From a virus, in IMG/VR virus record IMGVR_UViG_3300045988_095634: DNA of 49,092 bases; one strand, written 5' to 3'. The notes below the pieces were generated by a model. It saw only the letters and a list, made by a program, of their open reading frames with translations. It made no database searches and was not told where the DNA came from. Positions 24,831 to 35,233 of the stretch are shown piece by piece. Numbering within the stretch: the stretch's first letter is position 1; each line of letters starts with the position of its first letter. Position numbers and translations under genes: made by a program.

Positions 24831-26055
24831 TGGCCCCGCAGCTCCACCCGCCGGCGTAGCCCAGAAGTTCTGGAACATTGTCGACGTAAGCGACGAGGAG
24901 GCTGAGATCACCATGTACGGTGAAGTTGTGAGCCAGAGACCGACAGACTGGTGGACCGGTGAGCCGGTCGAGGGCTTATACATCACACCGGAAGGCTTTC
25001 TCGAGGATCTGGCTCAGGTCAAGGACAAGGCAAAAATCACCGTGCGAATTAACTCCGTAGGCGGCGACTTATACACCGCACTCGGAATTTGCAACAGACT
25101 CAAAGAGTTAAACGGTGACACCGTTGCAGTTATCGACGGAATTGCGGCCAGCGCCGCCACTATCATTGCTATGGGCTGCAAAACTCGCGAAATCGCTGAG
25201 GGCGCCCTTTTCATGGTACACGAGGCCCTGCTCACACTCGTGGGAAATTACAACCACAAGGCCCTGCTCGAGGTAAATAAGAGACTCGAAGCAGCCAACA
25301 AGGCAGCAGCCGAAACATACGACGCCGCAACCGGCCTCGGAACCGAGAAGATCCGACAGATCATGGCGAAGGAAACATGGTACACCGGCCGCGAAGCTGT
25401 CGAAAATGGTTTTTGTACTTCGATCCGCGAGGGCTGCGAGACAAGCATGTGCATGAGCTCAGAAAAAGACGAGATTATCGTCAACGGAGTGCTGCACTCT
25501 CTCAAAGGTTTTCGTAATTTCCCGGGCAATGTGCCAATTATTAACAGCGTTAAAACGCCTACATCGAAGCCAGCAGCTCCGACTCAGAGCGTTTCAACAA
25601 ATAAACCAAAAGGAGGTAACACCAAAATGACACCAGAAGAATTAAGACAGCAGTACCCTGACGTCGTAACACAGATTGAGAACGCAGCCCGCGAGGCAGC
25701 GGCAAGCGAAGCCGTAACCGCCGAGCGTTCCAGACTGCAGGAAATCGAGACGATCGAGGCAACAGTCGGAGATCCTGAGCTTATCAAAGAAGCCAAGTAC
25801 GGACCGACAGCCTGCTCAGCTCAGGAGCTTGCTTTTAAGGCTATGAAAAAGCAGGCCCAGCTCGGAGCTCAGCACATTCAGAACAGCGCCGACGACTTTA
25901 CCGCCTCTGGAGCAGCCGGAGTCGGCACAACACCGAACTCAGGAGCGCCTGCACCAAAGGATCAGGCAGCCGACGAAAACGCTCAGGTAGCCCAGCTCGC
26001 TGCTATGATCGCTAACGGTGGCGCAGTTCCGGCACCTACAACACAAACAAAATAA
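24796..26055 (+). CDS. ClpP/S49-like head maturation protease fused to a scaffold-like C-terminus
   Basis: INSVGGDLYTALGICNRL...IDGIAASAATIIAMG...FMVHEA Ser-protease pattern. The C-terminus is a coiled coil rich in Ala. Confidence 0.8.
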   Translation: MQKQTIPLRVLNGPAAPPAGVAQKFWNIVDVSDEEAEITMYGEVVSQRPTDWWTGEPVEGLYITPEGFLEDLAQVKDKAKITVRINSVGGDLYTALGICNRLKELNGDTVAVIDGIAASAATIIAMGCKTREIAEGALFMVHEALLTLVGNYNHKALLEVNKRLEAANKAAAETYDAATGLGTEKIRQIMAKETWYTGREAVENGFCTSIREGCETSMCMSSEKDEIIVNGVLHSLKGFRNFPGNVPIINSVKTPTSKPAAPTQSVSTNKPKGGNTKMTPEELRQQYPDVVTQIENAAREAAASEAVTAERSRLQEIETIEATVGDPELIKEAKYGPTACSAQELAFKAMKKQAQLGAQHIQNSADDFTASGAAGVGTTPNSGAPAPKDQAADENAQVAQLAAMIANGGAVPAPTTQTK

Positions 26056-26068
26056 GGAGGGTATCACA

Positions 26069-26443
26069 ATGAGAGCAGATCAGAAAATTGGAGCTTGCGA
26101 CGCTGACAATCTTTTTATTGACGGCAAGTTCCCGGTTGACGCCGTGGGCGTCACAATCGCGAGCGGAGAAGGAGTTCTCGCGCGCGGCACAGTCGTTGCA
26201 ATGAGCAGCAAAACAAAAAAATGCGTTATTCTCGGCACAGCAGCCGGAGAAAGTGAGACGCTCACACCGTTCGGCGTTCTCTGCGACGAGATAGACGCAA
26301 CAAGCGCCGACGCATTTACAACAGCGTACAGATCCGGCCATTTCAACAGAGAGGCCCTTATCGTTGACGACGACTACACTATCACAGAAGCAGACGAGGC
26401 AGCGCTCCGCAACGGTGGCATTTTCCTCGACTCTGCTATGTAA
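26069..26443 (+). CDS. Head decoration protein (gpD-like)
   Basis: 124-aa ORF after AAGGAGGG, between the protease and the major capsid gene. Function called from lambda-like gene order. Confidence 0.6.
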   Translation: MRADQKIGACDADNLFIDGKFPVDAVGVTIASGEGVLARGTVVAMSSKTKKCVILGTAAGESETLTPFGVLCDEIDATSADAFTTAYRSGHFNREALIVDDDYTITEADEAALRNGGIFLDSAM

Positions 26444-26462
26444 GAAAAGGAGGACAATCGAA

Positions 26463-27551
26463 ATGCCTACACCGTTAATTTACAGAACCGTCACTATGCT
26501 GGCGGCAATTCAGGCAATGCCTACACACAGAACATTTTTAAGAGATCGCTACTTCCCTACTACCGCCCCGGTCAACGGAGTGTCTGAGGACATTTTCCCG
26601 GGTGAGGAGGTCCTCGTCGAGTACAGAAATGGCAGCAAGAAGATCGCACCCTGCGTAATGCCTCGAAAGGGCGGTATCACTATCGAGCGCGAGGGTTACA
26701 AGACATTCAGTTATGTGCCGCCGTTTATCGCTCCGCAGAGACCGCTCACCATTGACGACCTCAACAAGAAAGGGTTCGGCGAGCAGCTCTTCCAGAACGT
26801 AACACCTCAGCAGAGACAGGCCCAGATCCTCAACAGAGACCTGACAGAGTTCGACACAATGATCTCAGGCCGTGAGGAGTACATGGCGGCCCAGTGCATG
26901 CTCAACAACGGCTATGTGCTGAGACACTACGCCGATAAGTACGGCAGCGGAGACTATGAGGAGTACGAGATCCGCTTCTACGATGAAGCAGCCAACCCGG
27001 CGAAGTACACACCGGCAGTAAAATGGAACGCAACCGGCGCTGACATTTACGGAGATCTTTCTGAAATGATCTACATGCTCACAAAGAACGGGCTCCCTGC
27101 TACTGAGTGCGTAATGGCTCGAGGAGTTTCAAAGATCGTGCTGCAGGATCCTACAATCCAGAAATACCTCGACAACCGCAGCATTATGCTCGGAACTATC
27201 GAGCCTATGAATTTACCGGAAGGAGCTTGCTGCTTTGCTATCCTGAACGTAGACGGTCACATGGTAAAACTTATCACTTACGACGAGACCTACGAGGACG
27301 AAAGCGGTCAGATCGCTCCATATCTCCCGGCTGGTACCGTAATTATGACAGCCCCGGCAGCAGGCCGCGGTCTCTATGGAGCAGTTACCCAGATCGAGCA
27401 GGACGACGGCGAGTTCCACACCTACACCGGCCGCCGTATTCCTAAGTACACGGCAGACGTAAAGGCCGAGTCCAGAGAGATCAAAGTCACAAGCCGCCCG
27501 CTCTTAATTCCTAGAAGTAAAAATCCGTGGGTATCTGCGAGCGTACTGTAA
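26463..27551 (+). CDS. Major capsid protein, lambda gpE-like
   Basis: MPTPLIY...MLAAIQAMPTHRTFLRDRYFP N-terminus typical of the capsid protein E family. AAGGAGG ribosome binding site at the internal ATG 26463. Confidence 0.85.
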   Translation: MPTPLIYRTVTMLAAIQAMPTHRTFLRDRYFPTTAPVNGVSEDIFPGEEVLVEYRNGSKKIAPCVMPRKGGITIEREGYKTFSYVPPFIAPQRPLTIDDLNKKGFGEQLFQNVTPQQRQAQILNRDLTEFDTMISGREEYMAAQCMLNNGYVLRHYADKYGSGDYEEYEIRFYDEAANPAKYTPAVKWNATGADIYGDLSEMIYMLTKNGLPATECVMARGVSKIVLQDPTIQKYLDNRSIMLGTIEPMNLPEGACCFAILNVDGHMVKLITYDETYEDESGQIAPYLPAGTVIMTAPAAGRGLYGAVTQIEQDDGEFHTYTGRRIPKYTADVKAESREIKVTSRPLLIPRSKNPWVSASVL

Positions 27552-27576
27552 GAAATGCGAAGAAAGGAGTCGCCAA

Positions 27577-28059
27577 ATGATTAAAATTATCGCCGGAGTA
27601 TACGGCTATAAAGAGAACGGGATCATATTACCCAAAGACAAAGACTCCGAGCCCTTCTCTCTCGATCCTGAGAGAGAGGCCGAGCTCGTGGCTCAGGGCG
27701 TTGCTGAATATGCAAACGTAATTATCCCAGAGGTCGAGCTGGAGCCAGAACCAGAAACCGCCGGCGCCGAGCAGCAGCCGGCAGAGGATCCGGCAGAACC
27801 GGAAGCAGAGGAACCAGAGCAGGATCTGGAGCCGGAAGCTGACGGAGACGAAGATCCTCAGAGTGAAAAAGCAGAAAAGCCAGAGTACAGCGACAAAATG
27901 AGACTCACCGAGTTGCAGGCACTCGCTGGAGCTTACGGACTCGACGCCCAGAATATGCGCACAAAGGCCGAAGTCATTAAGCTGCTCGACGATTACTTTG
28001 CAGAGGAGGACGACACCGAAGCCCCTCCGGCTTTTGGTGCTATGGATCCGGTTGAGTAA
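27577..28059 (+). CDS. Acidic hypothetical protein with a Rho-N/SAP-like C-terminal motif
   Basis: Glu/Pro-rich linker, then LTELQALAGAYGLDAQNMRTKAEVIKLL. Confidence 0.6.
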   Translation: MIKIIAGVYGYKENGIILPKDKDSEPFSLDPEREAELVAQGVAEYANVIIPEVELEPEPETAGAEQQPAEDPAEPEAEEPEQDLEPEADGDEDPQSEKAEKPEYSDKMRLTELQALAGAYGLDAQNMRTKAEVIKLLDDYFAEEDDTEAPPAFGAMDPVE

Positions 28060-28375
28060 GAGTCTCAAAGACCTCATAGCGTCGGACATTGATCTCGTAT
28101 TCATGCAGCTCGAGGACTTCGGAGAAGTTCATAAAATCGAGGGTAAAAGTATAACGATCATTATCGACAACGACACGCTTGTCACGATGAAAAACGGCAA
28201 CATTTTGGGCGTTGCTGAGTCCGACACTCTTATTTTTGCCAGAACCGAAGATCTGGAGGGTGAAAAAGCTCCGGGCTCCGCGCTGAATGTGGACGGCCGG
28301 GAGTGTACTGTTGACTCATGGGCTGAAAATCTGGGGATCACCCAGATAGCCCTGCACCACACCCGCATGGTCTAG
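28052..28375 (+). CDS. Hypothetical head-tail connector protein (start uncertain)
   Basis: ORF 27998-28375. A TTG at 28052 overlaps the upstream stop, and an ATG at 28104 is an alternative. Function called from position only. Confidence 0.45.
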   Translation: MSKSLKDLIASDIDLVFMQLEDFGEVHKIEGKSITIIIDNDTLVTMKNGNILGVAESDTLIFARTEDLEGEKAPGSALNVDGRECTVDSWAENLGITQIALHHTRMV

Positions 28376-28385
28376 GAGGTGCGCT

Positions 28386-29006
28386 ATGGCTATAACAAGC
28401 GATCTTGACAATATTGTCAAATGGTTCGAGGAGGAAGTCTGCCCCGGCATACTTCTGAAAGTTCCAGACGACAAAGTAAACGACGGCGGCTACAATGTGC
28501 AGACAGCACACCCGGCCGCCTTTGCTATGTACATTCCTACTCAGGACAGAAAGCCGCCAGACGTTGCGGCGCCCATTCCTTCGCTATGCGTGCAGCTCTT
28601 AAAGGGCAAGCACGCACCGGCGCAGCACATCGGTCAAATGACGATACAGCTCGCGCTTGCGACATGGAACCCGGGGCAGCACGGCAGCGAAATGGCGGTA
28701 CCCGAGCAGGATCCGCAGGCACTCGGCGGCGTGAAGTACCGCAGAGAGCCGAGCGAAAATTTCAAAAGAAACCTCGAGGGCTGGCGGGACGTCTGGAGCT
28801 TTACCGACAAGGTGCTGCAAGCAATCGAAAACACTGAGTATATTGCGGGGCTGCGGCTCGTCAAGGAAAACAACATAGAGTACGGCCCATTTACTGAGGA
28901 CGGGGCTCTCGTGAGCTATTACCCGTACTGGTTTTGCTGGGTGCAGTTCACTCTCGAGCACGGACTGGCCCGCAAGATACCCGCAGACTATGAAAATTTA
29001 TTGTAA
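28386..29006 (+). CDS. Hypothetical neck / tail-completion protein
   Basis: 206-aa ORF with a GGAGG ribosome binding site, immediately before the tail sheath. Function called from position only. Confidence 0.5.
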   Translation: MAITSDLDNIVKWFEEEVCPGILLKVPDDKVNDGGYNVQTAHPAAFAMYIPTQDRKPPDVAAPIPSLCVQLLKGKHAPAQHIGQMTIQLALATWNPGQHGSEMAVPEQDPQALGGVKYRREPSENFKRNLEGWRDVWSFTDKVLQAIENTEYIAGLRLVKENNIEYGPFTEDGALVSYYPYWFCWVQFTLEHGLARKIPADYENLL

Positions 29007-29021
29007 AGGAGTGATTTACAG

Positions 29022-30503
29022 ATGAGCTATCAACACGGAGCTTACGGCGAGATCGGAAACGATAAAGTAAAAAGCGCCGTTCAGGTTGACGCCGTTGTGG
29101 CGTACATCGGAACCGCACCTATTAACCTTGTTTTAGGTTATAAGGAGAAGGGCCTGATTAACACACCGATCAAGCTGGAAAACATGCCAAAAACGCAGGC
29201 AACAGTCGGCTACTCGAGCAACTGGAACAAGTTCACATTATGCGAGCCGTTCGACTGCCATTTTGCGAACACAATCGGAAACGTGGGGCCGATCTATATC
29301 ATCAACGTATTAGATCCGGCCGTCCACCAGAAAGACGTCAAAACAACCGTCGAGCTCACATTCAAGAACGGCCGCGCCGAGTATGTGACTGACACAATTA
29401 TTCTTGACACCTTTGCACTCTCCGACAAGGTGCTGGGTGCAGACTACTCTCTCGACTACAACTATACCAAAGGTGCCGTAGTCATTGAGTCATTGAATGA
29501 CGCCGATCCTATCACCGGCACGGTGGAGGCTTCATTCACAGAGGTGGATCCGTCTCTCGTAACCAAGAGCGACATTATCGGAAGCGTTACAGCCTCCGGC
29601 AAGAGGACCGGACTGCAGGCTCTCTCTAAACTCTACACCATGTTCAACGCCGTGCTCAACATTCTGGCCGCACCGTTCTGGAGTGAAGATCCAGACGTTT
29701 ACAAGGCCATGATCTCGGTCGTTCAGAAATTAAACGGCCACTGGGACGCTTTTGTAAATGCTGACTTACCAATTTACGACAGCAAGGCGAAGGCTGCCAT
29801 TGACACGCTTAAAAAGGCCGAGGAATGGGCCGACAGCAACGGCTACAACAACGGTTTTTCGAAGGTTTACTGGCCGCAGGTTCAGTATGCTGGCAAAGTG
29901 TACCACCTGAGCACTCAGGCGACCGTCACAATGCAGAGAGTCGACAACAGTCATGACAATATCCCAATGGAGAGCCCGTCAAACAAAGAGATCATGTGTA
30001 CCGCTCAGTATTTTGGGGCCAACTCTGAAAATGAGGGCTTCGATCAGCAGGACGGCAACGAACTCAATTCAAAGGGAATTACTACCGCAGTATTTTGGGG
30101 CGGCCTCTGGGTGCTCTGGGGACCTCACACAGCCTACTACGAGTACGGTTCCGACGGCGTTGCGCGCTACATTTTCGACGTTAATATCCGTATGCTTATG
30201 TATATTACTAACGGCTTCCAGCGACGCCACGGCACCCAGATCGACAGCACTATGGATCTGAGCCTCCAGCAGAGCATACTCATTGACGAACAGGAGGAAC
30301 TCGACTCGTTAAAGGGCCGCGGCGCTCTTATCGGAGATCCTACCGTTGAATTTTTAGAGACGGCCAACCCTACCAGCAACCTGATGAACGGCGACTTTGT
30401 CTGGGATATTAGTGCAACCCCTACCCCGCCATTTAAGAGCGGAACGGCGCGCGTATCGTACACAGACGAAGGCTTTACTGCTTATTTTGGAGGAGGTGAG
30501 TAA
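29022..30503 (+). CDS. Contractile tail sheath protein
   Basis: 493 aa, N-terminus MSYQHGAYGE...AYIGTAPINL typical of sheath proteins. Followed by tube, chaperone and tape-measure genes. Confidence 0.85.
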   Translation: MSYQHGAYGEIGNDKVKSAVQVDAVVAYIGTAPINLVLGYKEKGLINTPIKLENMPKTQATVGYSSNWNKFTLCEPFDCHFANTIGNVGPIYIINVLDPAVHQKDVKTTVELTFKNGRAEYVTDTIILDTFALSDKVLGADYSLDYNYTKGAVVIESLNDADPITGTVEASFTEVDPSLVTKSDIIGSVTASGKRTGLQALSKLYTMFNAVLNILAAPFWSEDPDVYKAMISVVQKLNGHWDAFVNADLPIYDSKAKAAIDTLKKAEEWADSNGYNNGFSKVYWPQVQYAGKVYHLSTQATVTMQRVDNSHDNIPMESPSNKEIMCTAQYFGANSENEGFDQQDGNELNSKGITTAVFWGGLWVLWGPHTAYYEYGSDGVARYIFDVNIRMLMYITNGFQRRHGTQIDSTMDLSLQQSILIDEQEELDSLKGRGALIGDPTVEFLETANPTSNLMNGDFVWDISATPTPPFKSGTARVSYTDEGFTAYFGGGE

Positions 30504-30505
30504 GT

Positions 30506-31012
30506 ATGTGGTTAGACTTAAAAGGCGCGGTGGTTGCTGACACCGTATACGACAGCGGTGTGCTTACAGCTAAGGACACCAGCTTCACGCTCCCGGCAAT
30601 TTCACAAATGACAGCAGACCTCAACGCAATGGGAACAATGACGGTACCTATTGTCGGACTGCTCGAAAATATGGAGCTCTCGATCACAAAGATCGGCGAG
30701 GATAAAGGGCTCGGGAAAATGTCAAAGCTCGACAAGCACAGCTTTGAATTTAGATGGGTGCAGAACGTAGTCAAAGCAGACGGCTCCACCTCACCGGAGG
30801 GCTGCAAGGCTTTTGTCAGAACATTCCCACCGACTGCGCTCCCGGGTATCGGTGCAGAAATCGGATCCGCTTCGGAAAACGAGCTCACCTACACCGCGAA
30901 CCGCGTGCAGATCTTTGTCGGAGGTTATGAGTACCTGCTCGTCGACAGACTGAGCCAGATCCTCAGAATTGACGGCAAGGACTACATGAGCGACATCAAC
31001 AAATTACTGTAA
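30506..31012 (+). CDS. Tail tube protein
   Basis: 168-aa ORF directly after the sheath, in the conserved myovirus order. Confidence 0.75.
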   Translation: MWLDLKGAVVADTVYDSGVLTAKDTSFTLPAISQMTADLNAMGTMTVPIVGLLENMELSITKIGEDKGLGKMSKLDKHSFEFRWVQNVVKADGSTSPEGCKAFVRTFPPTALPGIGAEIGSASENELTYTANRVQIFVGGYEYLLVDRLSQILRIDGKDYMSDINKLL

Positions 31013-31069
31013 AACATGGCCGCTGGCAGAACGCCGGCGGCTTTTTCTATAAAAGGAGGAACCAAAACC

Positions 31070-31492
31070 ATGAGAACCCAGACAGAAGAAAGAGGAACAA
31101 TCACACTCAACAAGCCGGTACTTATCAACGGCGTGCAGGTTGCTGAAATGAGTTACGACACCGACGAGATCAGCGGCGAACTCTATGCGCAGGCTGAGGC
31201 TCACAAAATGAAAGCCAGCGGCTCAAAAGGTGGAAACCTTGCGGGAGCTGTCGAGCTTGACTACTCCCTGCATTTATACATCGGCTTCGCTGCTGTCATT
31301 GCAGTAAACCCTTCTTACACATTCGAGGACATGGAGAGGATCAAGGGTAAGTCCCTCACTAAATTCTCTAAAATCGGCCGAGGTTTTTTTATCGGATCGG
31401 GAGACTCAGGGGCAGACAGCTCAGACGAGCAATCAGAGACTACTCCAGAACCTTCCACACCAGCACGTCAGAGCTCGAAAGGAAAAGAGTAA
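31070..31492 (+). CDS. Tail assembly chaperone (gpG / XkdN-like)
   Basis: ATG after AAAGGAGG. Lies between the tube and tape-measure genes. Confidence 0.65.
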   Translation: MRTQTEERGTITLNKPVLINGVQVAEMSYDTDEISGELYAQAEAHKMKASGSKGGNLAGAVELDYSLHLYIGFAAVIAVNPSYTFEDMERIKGKSLTKFSKIGRGFFIGSGDSGADSSDEQSETTPEPSTPARQSSKGKE

Positions 31493-31608
31493 TTGATTTT
31501 ATAGTCGAGTACGCAGAGGCGGCCGAGGATCTCGCCGCCGAGCAAAAACGTCGACAGAAAAACAGACCACCGCAAGTGTTAAAGCACAAGAAAGGCCGAA
31601 GGAGGTGA
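31484..31608 (+). other. Possible -1 frameshift extension of the tail chaperone (gpGT-like)
   Basis: The -1 frame is open from the GGAAAAG stretch (31481-31487) to the TGA at 31606-31608. It encodes IDFIVEYAEAAEDLAAEQKRRQKN... and ends 4 nt before the tape-measure start. Confidence 0.4.
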
Positions 31609-31612
31609 TACC

Positions 31613-33883
31613 GTGGCGAGTAGCAAAACACTACAAGCGATCGTGGAGATTGCGGGCTCATTAAGCCCAACACTCGGGAAAGCCGCAGAGGAGGCCAGCA
31701 AATCACTCGAGGGCATAAACCTGAAGGCTGTCGCCGTAGGTGCTGGCGTTGCTGCTGCGGGTGCCGCTATCGGAAAAGCTACCATTGAGGCCGGCAAGTA
31801 TCTCGTAGATCTCGGCGGGCAATTCGACAATGTAGTCGACACGATCAGGATCGGAACCGGAGCCACCGGGGACGCCCTCGACGCTCTCACCGATGATTTT
31901 AACGAGGTTTACAAAAGCGTACCAACAACAATGGAGGACGCCAGTCAGGCGATCGCCGACTACAACACGCGCCTCGGTTTGACTGGCCCAGAATTGCAAA
32001 ATATTTCAAAGCAGGCGATCCAAGTGTCGGACATGCTGGGGGACGACCTCGGCGGCGTTATTGAGGAGTCAAGCCAAGCCTTCCAAGCGTGGAACATCGA
32101 CGCGGCCGACATGGGCGACGCTATGGACTATGTGTTCAAGGCGTCACAGTCAACCGGTCTCGGATTCACTGACTTAATGAGCAGCGTGCAGCAGTTCGCT
32201 CCTCAGCTTCAAGAAATGGGCTACTCATTCAATGAAGCCACCGCCCTGATCGGACAGCTCGACAAGGCCGGCGTAAATACCAGTGAAGTGCTCGCGGCTA
32301 TGAAAAAGGGCGTCGGAGCTCTTGCGAAGGAAGGAATATCTGCAAGCGAGGGTCTCGAACAGTATGCCGAAAAGATTAAGAACGCAGGCAGCATGACGGA
32401 GGCGACCACTATCGCTTCCGAAATTTTCGGAACAAAAGCCGGCTCAACTATGGCTGCTGCTATCAGAGACGGGACTCTCTCAGTCTCCGATCTGACTGCC
32501 GAGCTTGAAAAAAGCACCGAGACTATCGGAGGCGCTGCTGGAGATACTTACGACTTTGCAGAGCGTCTGCAAATGTTCAAGCAGCAGGCTCAGGTGGCTC
32601 TCGAGCCGCTTGCAAATACCATGTTTGACACCCTCAATCAGCTAATGCCGGTAGTCGGTGAAGCTATGGAGGGGCTGATCCCAATTATTCAGGGTTTGAC
32701 TGAGACAATTATCCCGGTAATTCAAGACATAATGCCGCAGCTGATCCCTCTTTTTCAAGATTTTGTACCGGTACTTTTGGAGACAGCCCAGACGATCGGC
32801 CAGCAGTTGATCCCGCCGCTGCTTCAAATGATCCAGCAAGTGCTCCCATTGGTTATTCAGTTAGTGAGCAGCGTCCTGCCGCTCCTATCTCAGATCATTG
32901 CGGCAGTTTTGCCGGTACTGGTGCAGCTCATAACCGCAATTTTGCCGCCGATCATGCAGATTATATCGGCAGTTTTGCCGGTTGTGATCGAACTACTCAA
33001 CACGGTGCTCCCTATCCTTATGACGCTGATTAACTTACTCATGCCGATACTCGACACCGTTATGAATTTAATCGGGCCAGTTGTGAGCCTGATTGCGACA
33101 GCGATCACCCCTCTGATCTCAGTGCTGGGATCGCTTATTTCTCAGGTTTTGGAACTTCTGGCCCCGGCCCTTCAATTTATAGCCGGAATTTTTACGAGTG
33201 TACTCGGTACCGCTATTCAGGGAATAGCCCCGATCGTGCAGTCTATAACTCAGATTTTTCAGGGCCTTATCGACTTTATTACTAATGTATTCGCCGGAAA
33301 CTGGAGCGGAGCATGGCAGGGAATTGTCAGCATTTTCTCGGGTATCGTTTCAGGAATTGCAAATATTTTCAGGGCTCCGATCAATGCGATCATTAGTGGA
33401 ATTAACACTTTTATCAATGGCATTAACGGCATAAAGATCCCGGACTGGGTACCGGGCGTCGGTGGTATGGGCTTTAGTATTCCAAACATACCAATGCTTG
33501 CGACTGGTGGCTTTACTGAAGGCATAACGATCGCCGGAGAGGCCGGCACAGAGGCCGTTATCTCATTCGACCGAAGTGTCAGGGCTGCCAATATAGGCTA
33601 CTGGGAAAAGGCTGGAGAAATGCTGGGCGTATACGACAAATCAGAGACAGCCCTCGCGGGTAATCTCCTGAGCGTTGACGACTTTTCTCTGGCTGAGCTA
33701 TCTCAGCCTTCTACCACTATCGTTTACGATTTTAGCGGCTTCACATGGAGCCCGGTTATTGCTGGCGGTAAGGTTACAGAGGACAACGACGACCTCATGC
33801 AGAGGCTCAAAGCTCACGAGGCCGAGTTCTTCGACTGGCTGGAGCGCTGGATCCAAACAAGGGAGGTGACTGCTTTTGCGTAG
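31613..33883 (+). CDS. Tail tape measure protein
   Basis: 756 aa, helical N-terminus and a long periodic hydrophobic repeat region (LIPIIQ..., VLPVLVQLITAILPPIMQIISAVLPVVIELL). Canonical position. Confidence 0.88.
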   Translation: MASSKTLQAIVEIAGSLSPTLGKAAEEASKSLEGINLKAVAVGAGVAAAGAAIGKATIEAGKYLVDLGGQFDNVVDTIRIGTGATGDALDALTDDFNEVYKSVPTTMEDASQAIADYNTRLGLTGPELQNISKQAIQVSDMLGDDLGGVIEESSQAFQAWNIDAADMGDAMDYVFKASQSTGLGFTDLMSSVQQFAPQLQEMGYSFNEATALIGQLDKAGVNTSEVLAAMKKGVGALAKEGISASEGLEQYAEKIKNAGSMTEATTIASEIFGTKAGSTMAAAIRDGTLSVSDLTAELEKSTETIGGAAGDTYDFAERLQMFKQQAQVALEPLANTMFDTLNQLMPVVGEAMEGLIPIIQGLTETIIPVIQDIMPQLIPLFQDFVPVLLETAQTIGQQLIPPLLQMIQQVLPLVIQLVSSVLPLLSQIIAAVLPVLVQLITAILPPIMQIISAVLPVVIELLNTVLPILMTLINLLMPILDTVMNLIGPVVSLIATAITPLISVLGSLISQVLELLAPALQFIAGIFTSVLGTAIQGIAPIVQSITQIFQGLIDFITNVFAGNWSGAWQGIVSIFSGIVSGIANIFRAPINAIISGINTFINGINGIKIPDWVPGVGGMGFSIPNIPMLATGGFTEGITIAGEAGTEAVISFDRSVRAANIGYWEKAGEMLGVYDKSETALAGNLLSVDDFSLAELSQPSTTIVYDFSGFTWSPVIAGGKVTEDNDDLMQRLKAHEAEFFDWLERWIQTREVTAFA

Positions 33884-34103
33884 AGTTACATCATACTACG
33901 AGTACACCACACAAGACGGCGACACATTCGACCTGCTTGCGTTAGATATGTATAACGACGAGCGTCTGGCTCATTACATCATCGAATACAACCCGGACTA
34001 TGCCGACGTGATCGTATTCGAGGGCGGCGTGCAGTTAAAGCTCCCCGTTGTTGAGGAGGCAGAAACCTCGGAGACAGTACCACCGTGGAGGGCGACAGCA
34101 TGA
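33876..34103 (+). CDS. LysM-like tail protein (XkdP / gpX-like)
   Basis: YTTQDGDTFDLLALDMYNDERLAHYIIEYNP...LKLP LysM-type pattern. Confidence 0.7.
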   Translation: MRRVTSYYEYTTQDGDTFDLLALDMYNDERLAHYIIEYNPDYADVIVFEGGVQLKLPVVEEAETSETVPPWRATA

Positions 34104-35017
34104 GCGAATTGTTATTGAATTATACGGACGTTTCCGAAAAGGTGGCACTCTCCTCCTGCGTGCATGAAATGTATGCGGGAGGACGCTCTGACTCTTTGCA
34201 CGTCAGAATATCAGACACAGACGGACAGTTCGACAAATGGAATTTAAGAACCGGATCACCGGTTGAATTTAAGGACTCAGGAACCGGCACGGGAAAAATG
34301 TTTTTGTACTCCTCGGCTCCTGACTCCAGCTACTACGACCTGCGCGCCTATTCTATGCCGCCAAGCGGTACGATCCCGAACTCTAAAGCATGGGAGCGCG
34401 TTCATTTTTCACAGATCGGCCAAGAAATTGCAAAACGGCACGGGCTGGAGTTTGAAAGCTACGGCGTAGCCGATCATGTGTACGAATACAGGAAGCAAGA
34501 AAACGAGGAGGACTTCAAGTTCTTCGGCCGCCTATGTGCGCTCGAGCGTGCAGCTCTCACAATATACGACGGTAAACTGATCGCAGCCTATGAGCCGTAT
34601 CTCGAGGCAATAGAGCCAGCGATCACAATCGACACGACCGGTTGCCATGTAGAATGTGAGGACAACAGCGTCCTATCGTATGGATCGGCAACGGTATCTT
34701 GCGGACCTTACACCGGAACATATAAGGCACCGGGAGAAAATTCTCGAATATGGGTACCGCAAAAGCCTATTAAGTGCCAGAGCACCCTCGAGGCGATCCG
34801 CTTCGCTGCAGGAGTATTGCGAGAAAAAAATAAAATGCTCGTATGCGGCAGCATTGAGGCGAGCCTCATGCCGATATATGCGCCCGGAATAATGGTGAAC
34901 ATACTAAACCAGCAGGCCCCGTCATGGAGCGGCGCCTTTTATATTTACAAAGTGCGGCACGATTACGGAAAGCACAAAACAAAAATATTTTTCAGAAAGA
35001 AACTGGAGGGCTACTAA
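34100..35017 (+). CDS. Baseplate hub/tail protein (XkdQ / gpD-like by position)
   Basis: ATGA overlap with the LysM gene. About 305 aa. PBSX-like gene order. Confidence 0.55.
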   Translation: MSELLLNYTDVSEKVALSSCVHEMYAGGRSDSLHVRISDTDGQFDKWNLRTGSPVEFKDSGTGTGKMFLYSSAPDSSYYDLRAYSMPPSGTIPNSKAWERVHFSQIGQEIAKRHGLEFESYGVADHVYEYRKQENEEDFKFFGRLCALERAALTIYDGKLIAAYEPYLEAIEPAITIDTTGCHVECEDNSVLSYGSATVSCGPYTGTYKAPGENSRIWVPQKPIKCQSTLEAIRFAAGVLREKNKMLVCGSIEASLMPIYAPGIMVNILNQQAPSWSGAFYIYKVRHDYGKHKTKIFFRKKLEGY

Positions 35018-35220
35018 TGGACGGAACCATAAACAAAGGCGTGATCCTGAGCATTGAGGGCAACACCGCAAAGGTGGCCCCGATGAAGGACACGCGGCTC
35101 GTGTCTCCTAATATCCAGATAGCTGACAACATCGACGCGGCAACGCTGAAAAAAGGCGCCGCCGTGGCTTATGTCTGCTTCGAGGACGACACCGGCCTCA
35201 TATTTGCAACACTGAGCTAG
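35017..35220 (+). CDS. Small baseplate protein (XkdR-like by position)
   Basis: 67-aa ORF starting at a TAATG overlap. PBSX-like order. Confidence 0.5.
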   Translation: MDGTINKGVILSIEGNTAKVAPMKDTRLVSPNIQIADNIDAATLKKGAAVAYVCFEDDTGLIFATLS

Positions 35221-35233
35221 GAGGCGATCACAC

